A stretch of 62,377 nucleotides of DNA, counting the filler. It is 5 parts of 5 records of this genome, joined end to end, with 100 filler letters (N's around TTAATTAATTAA, not from the genome) between each part and the next. Parts side by side here need not be neighbours in the genome. Positions count along the whole stretch, not along the records: positions 1 to 13,773 come from DRR723986_13592; positions 13,874 to 22,510 come from DRR723986_13593; 3 more parts are not named here. One strand, 5' to 3'. Position 1 is the first letter of the stretch; the number at the start of each line of letters is the position of its first letter. A program made the translations under genes and the position numbers. Under the pieces are notes generated by a model. That model was not told the origin of the DNA and searched no databases. It saw nothing but the letters and a program-made list of their open reading frames with translations. Of the stretch, positions 9,928 to 19,988 are shown piece by piece.

Positions 9928-10161
9928 TCAGTCCTCCGGGCCGCCCAGAAGTTCATCATCGCCACTGGTCTCGGCCTCTTCCGCATCCACGCGGGGTGGC
10001 AGCTTCGGCAGCGTCGACGTGTTCCCTTCTGGGAGTTCGGCCTCGACATCGTTCGGATCACCCCATAGAGGGCCCGGGCGCTTCAGATCACCTGTCAGGC
10101 CGCAGGCCGGCAGGGTCAGGGTCCCAAGGATCAGGGCGGCAATGGCCAGGGGGCGTTTCAT
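9928..10161 (-). CDS. Small lipoprotein, LptM/YifL/LppL-like, 77 aa
   Basis: MKRPLAIAALILGTLTLPA-CGLTGDL resembles the CGxKGxL lipoprotein motif; conserved position between argH and lysA. Confidence 0.75.
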   Translation of the reverse strand: MKRPLAIAALILGTLTLPACGLTGDLKRPGPLWGDPNDVEAELPEGNTSTLPKLPPRVDAEEAETSGDDELLGGPED

Positions 10162-10168
10162 GCGGCGG

Positions 10169-11572
10169 TTACTCCAGTCCAAGTCTCTGCTTCCACTGTG
10201 CCACCTGTTCGGCGACACGAACAGGGCTTGTGCCACCATAAGATGTCCGAGATGAGGCAGATGCTTCAACCGTCAGCACGTCGAAAACGGCGTCGGTAAT
10301 GTCCTTGTGAACGCTTTGCATGTCGGCAAGCGTCAGGTCGGCGAGGTCAACGCCCTTTCCTTCTGCGATGGCAACCAGCGATCCCGTGACGTGGTGCGCC
10401 TCACGGAACGGCAGGCCGAGCTCCCGCACCAGCCAATCGGCAAGGTCGGTCGCCGTCGAAAAGCCCTTGGCGGCGGCAGCTCGCATGTTGTCCGGCTTGA
10501 AGGTCATCGTCTCGATCATGCCCGTCATGGCGCGCACGCAGAGGTCAAACGTGTCAAAGGCTTCGAACGTCAGGCGCTTGTCGTCCTGCAGGTCCTTGGC
10601 ATAGGCGAGCGGCAGCGCCTTCACGGCGCCCTGCAGGCCGACATAGAAGCCGGTGATCAGCGCAGCCTTGGCCCGCACGAGCTCAGCCGCATCGGGGTTG
10701 CGCTTCTGCGGCATGATGGAAGATCCGGTCGACCATTCATCGGTCAGCTGCGCAAAGGCGAACTGGGCGCTGGTCCAAAGCACGATCTCTTCCGCCAGAC
10801 GCGACAGATGCGTTGCTGCGATGGAAAGCGCTGCCAGCGCTTCCAGCGCGAAGTCACGCGCAGACACGGCATCGAGGGAATTTGCCATCGGACGGGCGAA
10901 GCCAAGCGCCTCGGCAGTCATGTCCCGGTCGATCTGGAACCCCGTTCCAGCAAGCGCCGCGGCGCCCAGCGGGCATTCATTGAGGCGGTTGGCGCAGTCC
11001 GACAGGCGGGTCCAGTCGCGCGACGTCATCTCGACATAGGCCAGCAGGTGGTGGCCAAGCGTCACCGGCTGCGCAGTCTGAAGATGGGTGAAGCCCGGCA
11101 TGATGGTTCCGGCATGCTCTTCCGCGCGAAGGATCAGCGCGCCCTGCAGGCCGCCGATGAGGCGGGCGGAATGGTCCAGCGCCCGGCGCGTCCAGAGGCG
11201 GAAATCGGTCACCACCTGGTCGTTCCGGGACCGGGCCGTGTGCAGGCGCCCGGCCGGCTCGCCGACAATTTCCTTCAGCCGCGCCTCAACATTCATGTGG
11301 ATGTCTTCCAGCTCGCGCCGGAACGGGAACGTCCCGTCGCGCAGCTCGTCCAGCACCTGATCAAGCCCGGCCTGAATGGCTTCATTGTCATCGAACGAAA
11401 TAATGCCCATCTCCGCCAGCATGTCGGCATGGGCCCGGCTGCCGGCGATGTCTTCCTCAGCCATGCGCCGGTCAATATCGAGGGAGGCGTTGATTTCTTC
11501 CATGATGTCGGACGGGGTCGCGGCAAACCGTCCTCCCCACATCGTCTGGCCTTTGCCACTGGTCATTGGCAT
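10169..11572 (-). CDS. argH: Argininosuccinate lyase
   Basis: [37 protein letters not shown]. Confidence 0.98.
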   Translation of the reverse strand: MPMTSGKGQTMWGGRFAATPSDIMEEINASLDIDRRMAEEDIAGSRAHADMLAEMGIISFDDNEAIQAGLDQVLDELRDGTFPFRRELEDIHMNVEARLKEIVGEPAGRLHTARSRNDQVVTDFRLWTRRALDHSARLIGGLQGALILRAEEHAGTIMPGFTHLQTAQPVTLGHHLLAYVEMTSRDWTRLSDCANRLNECPLGAAALAGTGFQIDRDMTAEALGFARPMANSLDAVSARDFALEALAALSIAATHLSRLAEEIVLWTSAQFAFAQLTDEWSTGSSIMPQKRNPDAAELVRAKAALITGFYVGLQGAVKALPLAYAKDLQDDKRLTFEAFDTFDLCVRAMTGMIETMTFKPDNMRAAAAKGFSTATDLADWLVRELGLPFREAHHVTGSLVAIAEGKGVDLADLTLADMQSVHKDITDAVFDVLTVEASASSRTSYGGTSPVRVAEQVAQWKQRLGLE

Positions 11573-11604
11573 ACCCCTTCAACAAACCTACGGAAGGCGC
11601 AAAC

Positions 11605-12189
11605 ATGAGGCGCTACGCCATTCCCGGCCTCTTCTTGGTCGGAGTGATCGCAATTGTCTACGTGCTGATCAGCGCAGGCATCGGAAAAACTGATGAAAAT
11701 CCGCTTGCGAAGTACGCAACGGGCGGGCTGGCAAAGCTCGATTTCACCCGTTCGGGAGAGCCGGCTGGCACCGCCCCCTTCTACCTGGCGGACGGGTCAG
11801 CCCACACGCTGGACGAGTTCAAGGGCAAGCTCATTCTGGTGAATTTCTGGGCGACGTGGTGTGCGCCCTGCGAGAAGGAAATGCCATCGCTCGGCGCCCT
11901 GCAGACGGCGCGTGGCGGGGATGATTTCGAGGTTGTGGCCATCAGCGTCGATGCCGCCGAAGACAAGGACTATGCCGAAAAACGCCTCGGCCAGCTCGGC
12001 GCGCCGAACATTCCGTTCCGCATCGTGACGCCGGAACAGTACGAACTCGTCTATGACAGCGGCGTCCAGGGCTTCCCGACCAGCATCCTCTATGGCCCCG
12101 ACGGCACGGAAATCGCCCGTCTCGCCGGCGAAGCGGACTGGGCGTCCTTCGAAGCGGTCGGCTTTATCGACGCCCTACTCGAACGTTGA
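11605..12189 (+). CDS. tlpA: TlpA-family thiol:disulfide oxidoreductase
   Basis: N-terminal anchor, LVNFWATWCAPCEKEMP, GFPT; divergent from argH as in other alphaproteobacteria. Confidence 0.9.
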   Translation: MRRYAIPGLFLVGVIAIVYVLISAGIGKTDENPLAKYATGGLAKLDFTRSGEPAGTAPFYLADGSAHTLDEFKGKLILVNFWATWCAPCEKEMPSLGALQTARGGDDFEVVAISVDAAEDKDYAEKRLGQLGAPNIPFRIVTPEQYELVYDSGVQGFPTSILYGPDGTEIARLAGEADWASFEAVGFIDALLER

Positions 12190-12981
12190 AAGCTCCAGCC
12201 CGATCCGGCTGACCTGTGACAGGAAAGTGGAAGGCGGGGCCGGAAGGTCACCTGCGATCGGCCCTGCAGATGGCCACATGAGGACCAGCATTTTCAGTTC
12301 CAGCTGAAGGCTGCTGGCATCGGCAGACTCAATCCGGCCGGCCGCTTCCTGCGCGACGACGGCGTAGCCATAGGATTTCTGGTAAAGGATCGGATCGTCG
12401 ATCTCGTTCGAAAAGGACACACCGGCCCGGTAGGCATTCTCGCAGCGCTTCATCAGGAAAACGACCAGTTCGACCGGGTCACCCCCGGCATTGGCCTGCA
12501 GTTCCGCAACATTCGCCTGAACTGCCGCAAGCTGTGCTTCGATGTCGTCCGGCGCGGCGCCGCTGGAAAGCGCCGCTTCAGCCGTTTCGATCAGGTCCGG
12601 ATCGAAGCCCTGCTCGACAAGACGGGTCAGGCCACCCGGCTTGATCTCGTCCATGGCGATGCGGAGGTGTTCAGCAGCATCGTCCAGCTGCCCTGCCCGG
12701 GCAAGCGCTGTGGCCACGGTGACCTCGCTGGAGATCATCGCCGCGCGCTGGTCGACCGGCAGCAACAGGGCCGGATCAAGCGCCGCAACGCCTTCCCCGC
12801 CTTCACCCCCTTCGCCTTCGCCCATTTCACCGCCTTCTCCGTAGGCTCCGGCTTCACCCGGCACGGTCATGGCGGCCTCACCGGCTTCGCCCCCTTCTCC
12901 GCCACAGGCAGCGAGGCCTGCCGTGCCAAGCAGGGCGGCGCCCAGTCCAAGCCGGATCCAGCGCTTCGGCGTGTAATTCAT
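12175..12981 (-). CDS. Hypothetical lipoprotein with GGEGGE-rich linker
   Basis: Lipobox LAAC followed by GGEGGE repeats and a helical acidic domain. Confidence 0.75.
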   Translation of the reverse strand: MNYTPKRWIRLGLGAALLGTAGLAACGGEGGEAGEAAMTVPGEAGAYGEGGEMGEGEGGEGGEGVAALDPALLLPVDQRAAMISSEVTVATALARAGQLDDAAEHLRIAMDEIKPGGLTRLVEQGFDPDLIETAEAALSSGAAPDDIEAQLAAVQANVAELQANAGGDPVELVVFLMKRCENAYRAGVSFSNEIDDPILYQKSYGYAVVAQEAAGRIESADASSLQLELKMLVLMWPSAGPIAGDLPAPPSTFLSQVSRIGLELSTFE

Positions 12982-13076
12982 CGGGAAAGCTCCGTCATAT
13001 CTGTTCCGGGCCGCAGCCTAGGGGCCCTGATGCCTGCCGGGCAAGCCATTTGGCCCTTCCAGGATTGCAATCAGGT

Positions 13077-13576
13077 TCAGGATCCGGTGACCGGGCCTTG
13101 TGTACGCCCCGTACACCATTCCGGCTTGGCGTCGCCGCCGTCATAATCTGAGGCCTTGTGGGTCCCACCCACGACGAGCAGGGCGGCAAGATCCTCTCCG
13201 TTCAGCGACAGGTCGGCCACCAGCCGGCCATGACGGTCCGGTCCGTAATCATGAGAAACGGTGAGCACCTGGTCGCGGGTCAGCTCGCGCACTGCGGCCT
13301 TTGCCTGATAGCCGAGTTCGCGTTCCCGCTCGCATTTTGCGCTGGAAACCCAATCAGCGGCCCGGTTTCAGGCGTGTCTACACCGTGCAGCCGGAATTTG
13401 GTGCCATCCGCAAGCCGTCCGGAATCGCCATCGGACCAGTAAACGGATGAGGTATCGAACGGGACCTCGCCTGCCGGTTCGACGGGTTCCCGGGCAACGA
13501 CCGCCACACCGAACGCGATGCCGGCAAGCACCACGAATGTGATCAACCATTCCTTGAGCCGGCCGCTTCGTCCCAT
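13077..13576 (-). pseudogene. Thermonuclease (SNase-like) gene split by a frameshift near 13340-13360
   Basis: One frame gives SDGDSG...RLHGVDTPETG; a shifted frame continues AKCERERELGYQAK...DRHGRLVADL...KPEWC. Confidence 0.8.
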
Positions 13577-13657
13577 TGGCCTCTCCCTGTGCGTTTGGAG
13601 GGAGGCTCTGCGCGACCACTTAAAGGAGGGTTAAACCCGGCAAGCACCGGTCAAACC

Positions 13658-13685
13658 AAAAACCCCGGCCTTGTGGGCCGGGGTT
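13658..13685 (-). terminator. Rho-independent terminator after rpmE
   Basis: Stem AACCCCGGCC/GGCCGGGGTT followed by a T-run on the minus strand. Confidence 0.85.
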
Positions 13686-13719
13686 ATTGGGGTTGCGTCC
13701 GTGAAATGGAGCGTCGGGC

Positions 13720-13773
13720 TTAGACGAAGCCTTTGAACTTGTCCTTGAAGCGGGACACGCGGCCGCCGCGGTC
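13720..13773 (-). CDS. rpmE: 50S ribosomal protein L31, C-terminal fragment
   Basis: DRGGRVSRFKDKFKGFV* is the L31 C-terminal motif; truncated by the linker. Confidence 0.85.
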   Translation of the reverse strand, partial: DRGGRVSRFKDKFKGFV

Positions 13774-13873
13774 NNNNNNNNNNNNNNNNNNNNNNNNNNN
13801 NNNNNNNNNNNNNNNNNTTAATTAATTAANNNNNNNNNNNNNNNNNNNNNNNNNNNNNNNNNNNNNNNNNNNN
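13774..13873. other. Artificial contig linker
   Basis: N44-TTAATTAATTAA-N44, stops in all six frames. Confidence 0.99.
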
Positions 13874-13874
13874 G

Positions 13875-14351
13875 GCGGTCAAAGACGAATGGGAAGTGGC
13901 CCGCCTTTATGCCGATCCGGCCTTCAAGGAAGGGCTGCAACAGACCTTCGATGGCGATCTCAAACTGACCTTCCATGTCGGCGCATGGCCCTTTGGCAAG
14001 ATGGATCAAGCCTCCGGCAGACCGATCAAAGGCGAAGTTGGCCCGTGGGTGTTGAAGGCCTTTGGTGTGATGTCCAAACTGCGCCGCTTGCGTGGCACCT
14101 TGCTTGACCCCTTCCGCAACAGCGCCGAGGCAAAACTTGCCCGCCGTTTGCTGGCTGAATACGAGGCTGACGTGGCCTTTGCGCTTGAGAACTGGTCAGA
14201 CGACAAATCAGGTGACATCACCGCCCTGCTGAACCTGCCGGAACAGATTCGGGGTTACGGGCATATCCGCGAACGTCACGCGGAGGCCGCCGCAGTTGCG
14301 CGTGCCGCGCTTCGCACAAAGATCACCGCACAGCCGGCGCAGGTCGCCTGA
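13875..14351 (+). CDS. Indolepyruvate:ferredoxin oxidoreductase family protein, C-terminal part (DUF6537-like)
   Basis: AVKDEWEVARLY...LRGTLLDPF...LPEQIRGYGHIR; 5' truncated. Confidence 0.85.
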   Translation, partial: AVKDEWEVARLYADPAFKEGLQQTFDGDLKLTFHVGAWPFGKMDQASGRPIKGEVGPWVLKAFGVMSKLRRLRGTLLDPFRNSAEAKLARRLLAEYEADVAFALENWSDDKSGDITALLNLPEQIRGYGHIRERHAEAAAVARAALRTKITAQPAQVA

Positions 14352-14476
14352 TCGAGAGAAATGCTGCCAAGGGTGAATTGACCATACACCCGCAAAGAGA
14401 TCTGAACTAAGATCGCACCAATCACAGATTGGGCTGCCAAATGCCGCAGCCCGTCGCGGCGATTGGAAGGATCAAC

Positions 14477-16075
14477 GTGCCAAAGAAAGAACCGACCGAC
14501 AAGATCCTGACCCGCGCTAAAAAAGCGGCCAACGCCGGTGATTTCCAAACCGCAGTTACGGCTTTTGGGCAGGTTCTGGCACGATTTCCATCAAACAAGC
14601 GGGCCTTGCAGGGGTTGGCGGCGCTCAGGGCCACGGCCCTGCCGCAATTGCAAGCCGCTGCGCAACAGGCGCAGGAAGAGCGGCGCTGGTCTGATGCAGA
14701 AGCGCAGCTTCGGGCGGCCTGCCTGCTGGCCCCCGATCACGCCGACATGGGACTTGCCCTTGCCGCCTGCCTCATGGAACAGCGCAAAGCGCCAGCTGCC
14801 CTTGCCGCTGTTCAGACCATTTTGAAGAAGATACCGGATCACCCGCAAGCCTTGAATATACAAGGCGCGGCCCAGCGTCTGATGGGACAGGGCGCGGCGG
14901 CAAAACAAAGCTTTACCGCCGCGCTTGGCGATCCGGTTTGGGATGTTCAAAGTCTCAACAACCTTGGCATTTCCGCCCGCGCCGAGGGCGCCCGCACGGA
15001 CGCGGCCGAGTATTACCGCCGCGCCATCGCGGCTGATCCGGCCAATCCGGCGCTGCATCTCAACCTGTCGCAGGAAACCACCTATTCCGCCGACACGCCG
15101 CACCTGCAACAGATGCGCGATCTGCTGGCCTCTAAGGACAGAAACAACCCGGCGCTGGCCCCGCTGCATTTTGCCCTCTTCAAGGTCTTTGACGATCTCG
15201 GTGAGGCAGATAAGGCCTTTGCCCATCTGGAAAAGGCCAACACGCTGGCCAAGGCCAACCTGCAATACGATTTCCAAAAGGATGCGATCCCCTGCGCCCT
15301 CAGCAAAGTTCTGCTGAAAGAGCCGATACATTCCGCCGAGGTTGCCACCACACAGCGGCCCATCTTTATCACCGGTCTGCCGCGCACCGGCACCACCTTG
15401 GCCGAACAGATCCTCGCTCGGTCAGAAGGCACGCGCCCCTGCGGTGAGCTGACGGTGGTGCAGCTGGCCGTGGTGCGTCTGATGCGCGAGGTGATGGACC
15501 GCCCTCAAAAGGCCCTGACCCAGAGCGACATTGTTGATCTGGGCGCAGAGCTGCGCAGCGGTCTGGCCGAATACGGCGATGGCGCTGCAGTTCTGATCGA
15601 CAAGATGCCGCTCAATTTCCGCTGGATCGGCTTTATCTGTGCTGCATTGCCAGAGGCGCGCATTGTGCATATGTCCCGTGACCCGATGGCCGTCGCATGG
15701 TCGCTGTACCGGCAATCCTTTGACAGTGCGGGCAACGGATTTGTCTATGATCCAAGCGACATTGCCCGGTTTATGGCCCTGCACCGCGATCTGATGGCGC
15801 ATTGGCGCAACTGCTACCCGGACCGTATTTTTGATCTGAGTTACGAGGCTTTGGTATCCGAGCCTGAGACCACAACCCGCGCTTTGGCCACCGCAACGGG
15901 TTTGGACTGGTCCGAGAGCTGGCTTTCGCCTGAAAAGGCCTCTCATCTGGTGCTAACGGCGAGCGCAAGGCAAATTCGCAAGCCGATCTACCGGGACAGC
16001 AATGACCAATGGGCGCGATATGAGGCGCAGCTGGCCCCGATGCGGGCAGTGTTGGTGGCTGCGGGTTTGATCTAA
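14477..16075 (+). CDS. TPR-repeat sulfotransferase
   Basis: TPR N-terminus; PAPS loop IFITGLPRTGTTLAEQIL, DKMPLN, TASARQIRKPIY; GTG start after GGAAGG. Confidence 0.9.
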   Translation: MPKKEPTDKILTRAKKAANAGDFQTAVTAFGQVLARFPSNKRALQGLAALRATALPQLQAAAQQAQEERRWSDAEAQLRAACLLAPDHADMGLALAACLMEQRKAPAALAAVQTILKKIPDHPQALNIQGAAQRLMGQGAAAKQSFTAALGDPVWDVQSLNNLGISARAEGARTDAAEYYRRAIAADPANPALHLNLSQETTYSADTPHLQQMRDLLASKDRNNPALAPLHFALFKVFDDLGEADKAFAHLEKANTLAKANLQYDFQKDAIPCALSKVLLKEPIHSAEVATTQRPIFITGLPRTGTTLAEQILARSEGTRPCGELTVVQLAVVRLMREVMDRPQKALTQSDIVDLGAELRSGLAEYGDGAAVLIDKMPLNFRWIGFICAALPEARIVHMSRDPMAVAWSLYRQSFDSAGNGFVYDPSDIARFMALHRDLMAHWRNCYPDRIFDLSYEALVSEPETTTRALATATGLDWSESWLSPEKASHLVLTASARQIRKPIYRDSNDQWARYEAQLAPMRAVLVAAGLI

Positions 16076-16117
16076 GGGCCAGTGATACCCGCGATTCTGG
16101 CTGAAGTTACGCCGCCA

Positions 16118-17401
16118 TCACCGCACGATAATCGCCCTGAAATCATTGACATTTGTACCCGTAGGACCGGGCGAGAACAGATCATCGCAGGCCTCAAACG
16201 CGCTGAAGGCATCATTCGCGTTCAAATCGGCCCTCGGATCGCGGCCATGCGCGCGCATCCTCTGGCAACTGGCCGCGTCTACAAAGGCACCTGCATTGTC
16301 TTCGGACCCGTCGATACCGTCAGTATCCGCGGCCAGCGCGGTGATCCCCGCGGCCCCCTCCAGATGCAACGCCAGTGACAGCAGAAACTCGGTGTTGCGA
16401 CCACCACGTCCCTTGTGGCGCAAGGTCACTGTTGTCTCCCCTCCCGACAAGATCACAACCGGTTTGCCGAAGGGGTGATCGCGGTCCTTGACCTGCCGCG
16501 CGATGGCCGCATGCATCTGCGCCACCTCCCGCGCTTCGCCTTCGATGGCATCCGACAAGATCACCGCATTCAGCCCGCGTGCCTTGGCCAGCGCCGCCGC
16601 CGCGTCAAGCGATTGGCGTGCGGAGGCAACAACGCGAACAGTATTGTTGGCAAAAACCGGATCATCCGCATGCGGCGCAGTCGCCTGCAGGCTGGCGATA
16701 TGGGCGCGAATGTGATCGGGCATATCAATATTGTAGTGGTCAATCATCGCAAGCGCATCTTGACGGGTCACCGCATCAGGAACCGTCGGGCCGGACGCCA
16801 CCTGCGCAGGATCATCACCGGGCACATCAGATACCACCAAAGACACAACCCGCGCCGGATACGCGGCGGCGGCCAACCTGCCCCCCTTGATCGCGCTCAC
16901 ATGTTTGCGGATCGCATTCATCGCCGATATCGGCGCACCGGAGCGCAGCAAGGCCTGGTTCAGCTCCTGTTCATCCTGCAAAGACATCCCCTCTGGCGGG
17001 GCAGGCAAAAGCGCAGATCCACCACCGCAGATCAATGCGATCACCAGATCCTCTGGCCCCAACCCCGACACAGCCCTGAGCAGTGCCGCCGCCGCATCCA
17101 GCCCCCCTCGATCCGGCACCGGATGCGCCGCCTCCATCACGGTGATCTGATTGCAGGGCACCCCAAATCCGTAGCGCGTGGCAACCACGCCCGTCAGCGG
17201 GCCGGGCCAAAGTTGTTCAAGTGCATTGGCCAATTGCGCGGCGCCCTTACCCGCGCCAACAACCACGGTTCTGCCTTGTGGCGGATCGGGCAAGGCATTT
17301 CGCAGCGCCGTCATCGGATCCGCCGCGCCAACAGCGGCGCCGAACAGCTCAACCAATAGCGCTCTGTCCTTGGCCGCAAGATCAGGCACCGGGGTTGTCA
17401 T
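16118..17401 (-). CDS. Glycerate kinase, MOFRL/TtuD type
   Basis: VVGAGKGA, EAAHPVPD, GGGSALL, IKGGRLA, SDVPGDD, SGGETTV, GGRNTE, DTDGIDG, TGTNVND. Confidence 0.93.
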   Translation of the reverse strand: MTTPVPDLAAKDRALLVELFGAAVGAADPMTALRNALPDPPQGRTVVVGAGKGAAQLANALEQLWPGPLTGVVATRYGFGVPCNQITVMEAAHPVPDRGGLDAAAALLRAVSGLGPEDLVIALICGGGSALLPAPPEGMSLQDEQELNQALLRSGAPISAMNAIRKHVSAIKGGRLAAAAYPARVVSLVVSDVPGDDPAQVASGPTVPDAVTRQDALAMIDHYNIDMPDHIRAHIASLQATAPHADDPVFANNTVRVVASARQSLDAAAALAKARGLNAVILSDAIEGEAREVAQMHAAIARQVKDRDHPFGKPVVILSGGETTVTLRHKGRGGRNTEFLLSLALHLEGAAGITALAADTDGIDGSEDNAGAFVDAASCQRMRAHGRDPRADLNANDAFSAFEACDDLFSPGPTGTNVNDFRAIIVR

Positions 17402-18158
17402 CCACGGTGCCTGCGACGAATTGGTCAAGGTCTATGATTGCGCCCGTCATCATGCAGGCATCCTTGGACGCCAGAAACGCAACCAAGGCCGCCGGATCTT
17501 CGGGCATCAACAGCCGGCCGAAGGGTTGGCTTGCCCCCACGGTTTCGCGCCAGTTATCGGGCAACCCGTGAACCTTGGTCTGGATTTCCTGCTCACCGGG
17601 GGTCCATGTCCAGCCCAGATTGATGCCCAGCACCCGCACCCGGTCCCGTTTCAGCGTATTTGCCGCGCTTTTGGTCATCGCCACCAGCGCCGCTTTGGTC
17701 GCGGAATAGGCCATCAGGAAGGGCGGGCCGCCATAGGCCAGCATTGATGTAACATTGATGATCACACCGCCTGCCCGCATTTTCGGCGCAACCTGCTGCA
17801 TCAGGAAAAACGGCGCACGCACGTTGATCGCAAACAGCAGATCGAAGGTTTCGGGCGTCGTATCGGCCAAGCCGCCCCGCAGGGTAGAGCCCGCGGTATT
17901 GGCCAGAATGTCGACAGGGCCAATGCCATCTAGCGCGGCGGGAAGATCGCGCATCAGCCCATCTATATCCGCCAGATCCAGCGTCAGCACATCTGCCACA
18001 ACGCCCCTGCCCTTGAGACGGTCCGCCAGATCGGCCATGCCCGCGCCGTTGCGATCAATCAGCAACATGCGCGTGACACCCTCTGCCGCCAAACGTTCCG
18101 CGATGGCCTCGCCCACGCCCTGCGCGGCACCAGTGATGATAGCTGTTTTTTGGGTCAT
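17382..18158 (-). CDS. Short-chain dehydrogenase/reductase
   Basis: TGAAQGVG, NTAG, YSATK catalytic motif. Confidence 0.92.
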   Translation of the reverse strand: MTQKTAIITGAAQGVGEAIAERLAAEGVTRMLLIDRNGAGMADLADRLKGRGVVADVLTLDLADIDGLMRDLPAALDGIGPVDILANTAGSTLRGGLADTTPETFDLLFAINVRAPFFLMQQVAPKMRAGGVIINVTSMLAYGGPPFLMAYSATKAALVAMTKSAANTLKRDRVRVLGINLGWTWTPGEQEIQTKVHGLPDNWRETVGASQPFGRLLMPEDPAALVAFLASKDACMMTGAIIDLDQFVAGTVDDNPGA

Positions 18159-18170
18159 GTCATTTTTCCT

Positions 18171-19046
18171 TTAACCGGCAAAGCGGGGTTCAGGCAGGCC
18201 CGTCACGCCCAACCCATCAATTCGAAAGGTTGCGCCGCGCAGCGGGCCATCGCCGGGATGCCGGGGCAGCGGCGGTTCTGCCATAGAGGTCACAAAAAGC
18301 GTGTCGAGCTGTGGGCCGCCAAAGGCAAGGCTGGTGATCTTGCACACCGGCATTTCAATCACGCGGTCGATGCTGCCATCTGGTGCAAAGCGGTGAATGC
18401 GGCCATCAAAGACGCAGGCCGACCAAACATATCCTTCACTGTCCACAGTTGCCCCATCCGGCGCACCGCCCCTGTCGTCAGGCAGGGCTGCAAAGGTCCG
18501 GCTGTTGCTGGGATCGCCCGTTTCAGGGTCATAATCATAGGCCCTGATCTTGCCCGTAAAACTGTCGGCAAAATACAGCGTGTGCCAATCGGGCGAAAAG
18601 CACGGGCCGTTTGAACAGATGATATTGTCCTCCAACCGGTGCAGCGACAAATCCGGGTCAAGCCGCCACAACGTGCCTGTTGGATCAGTTTCGCCCATGT
18701 CCATGGACCCGCACAGGAAACGGCCCGCGCCATCGACTTTGCCATCATTCAACCGGTTGCCCGGCCGGTCCGGTTCAGGATCAACGATATGGCGCAGCTC
18801 TCCGCTATCGAAATCAAGCGCATGAAACCCGTCTTGCAGGGCGACAATCGCCCCGCCTGCCCGGCGCAGCGCCATGGATCCAATCGCCGACGGAACCGTC
18901 CATGCCGCCATCTCGCCGCCCTGTTCGGTACAGCGAAAGATCCGGCGGCCAAGGCTGTCGATAAACCAAAGCCGCTGGCGCTCAACATCCCAAATCGGGC
19001 CTTCGCCAAGCAGAGGTTTGACATCACATAGAACCGAGATTTTCAT
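18171..19046 (-). CDS. SMP-30/gluconolactonase-family sugar lactonase
   Basis: LGEGPIWD, RLNDGKVD, SNGPCFSPD, PDGATVDSEG, FGGPQLDTLFVT. Confidence 0.93.
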   Translation of the reverse strand: MKISVLCDVKPLLGEGPIWDVERQRLWFIDSLGRRIFRCTEQGGEMAAWTVPSAIGSMALRRAGGAIVALQDGFHALDFDSGELRHIVDPEPDRPGNRLNDGKVDGAGRFLCGSMDMGETDPTGTLWRLDPDLSLHRLEDNIICSNGPCFSPDWHTLYFADSFTGKIRAYDYDPETGDPSNSRTFAALPDDRGGAPDGATVDSEGYVWSACVFDGRIHRFAPDGSIDRVIEMPVCKITSLAFGGPQLDTLFVTSMAEPPLPRHPGDGPLRGATFRIDGLGVTGLPEPRFAG

Positions 19047-19984
19047 CAGAAATTCACTTCGTTCGCGCCTTTGAGCCCAAGGATCGAACGGGCCTCATCC
19101 GGTGTTGCATGGCTCAGGCTAAGACCCGACAGGACATCTTTGACCTTTTCGATCTGCTGGGCACTGCTGGTGGCCAGTTGCCCCGGCCCCGCCCAAAGGG
19201 AATCCTCAAGCCCAACCCGCACATGGCCGCCCGTTGCCGCAGCAGTGGCCGCAATGCGCAACTGGTTGGAACCGGCCCCAAGAACCGACCATTCATAATC
19301 ATCCCCGAGCAATCTGTCAGCCGTGCGGCGCATCATCATCACATCCTCCGGGTGCCCACCAATACCGCCAAGCAGACCAAACACCGATTGCACAAACAAC
19401 GGGCCTGATACCTTGCCGCGCCCTTTCATGTGGGCCAGCGTATAAAGGTGACCAATATCATAACATTCAAACTCGAACCTTGTGCCATTTGGACCGCAAG
19501 TGTCGAGGATATGTTCGATATCTTTGAAAGTGTTGCGGAACACCACGTCGCGGGAGTTTTCCAGATGTTCGTTTTCCCAATCGCGTCCCAGATCGGGGAA
19601 ACGCGATTGCATCGGATAAAGCCCCATGTTCATCGACCCCATGTTCAGCGATGAAAGCTCTGGTGCGAAATGGGCGGAGGGGCCAACACGTTCGTCCACT
19701 TTCATGAAGGGGCTGCCGCCGGTGGTGATGTTGATCACCGCGCCGGTTTCTTTAAGCGCAGGCAGAATGCGGCCAAAGGCTTCGACCGTTTGGTCCGGTC
19801 TGCCGGTTTCGGGGTCACGGGCATGGACGTGCAGAATGGCCGCCCCTGCCTCGACCGCGCGGCGGCCTTCGGCGATGATTTCCTCTGGTGTCACTGGCAA
19901 ATAGGGCGACATCCCAGGGGTATGGATGGCCCCGGTCAGGGCGCAGGTCACAATCACGGTTCCGGTTTTTTGTCGAGCGGTCAT
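19046..19984 (-). CDS. Beta-keto acid cleavage enzyme (BKACE/Kce, DUF849)
   Basis: IVTCALTG, AGAAILHVHARD (Zn), SLNMGS, FEFECYD, HVRVGLED; start placed at ATG 19984. Confidence 0.93.
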   Translation of the reverse strand: MTARQKTGTVIVTCALTGAIHTPGMSPYLPVTPEEIIAEGRRAVEAGAAILHVHARDPETGRPDQTVEAFGRILPALKETGAVINITTGGSPFMKVDERVGPSAHFAPELSSLNMGSMNMGLYPMQSRFPDLGRDWENEHLENSRDVVFRNTFKDIEHILDTCGPNGTRFEFECYDIGHLYTLAHMKGRGKVSGPLFVQSVFGLLGGIGGHPEDVMMMRRTADRLLGDDYEWSVLGAGSNQLRIAATAAATGGHVRVGLEDSLWAGPGQLATSSAQQIEKVKDVLSGLSLSHATPDEARSILGLKGANEVNF

Positions 19985-19988
19985 AATC

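Noticed and set aside
13818-13829. TTAATTAATTAA palindrome, four copies in the window
   Set aside because: Always centred in N-runs; a synthetic six-frame stop linker, not biology.
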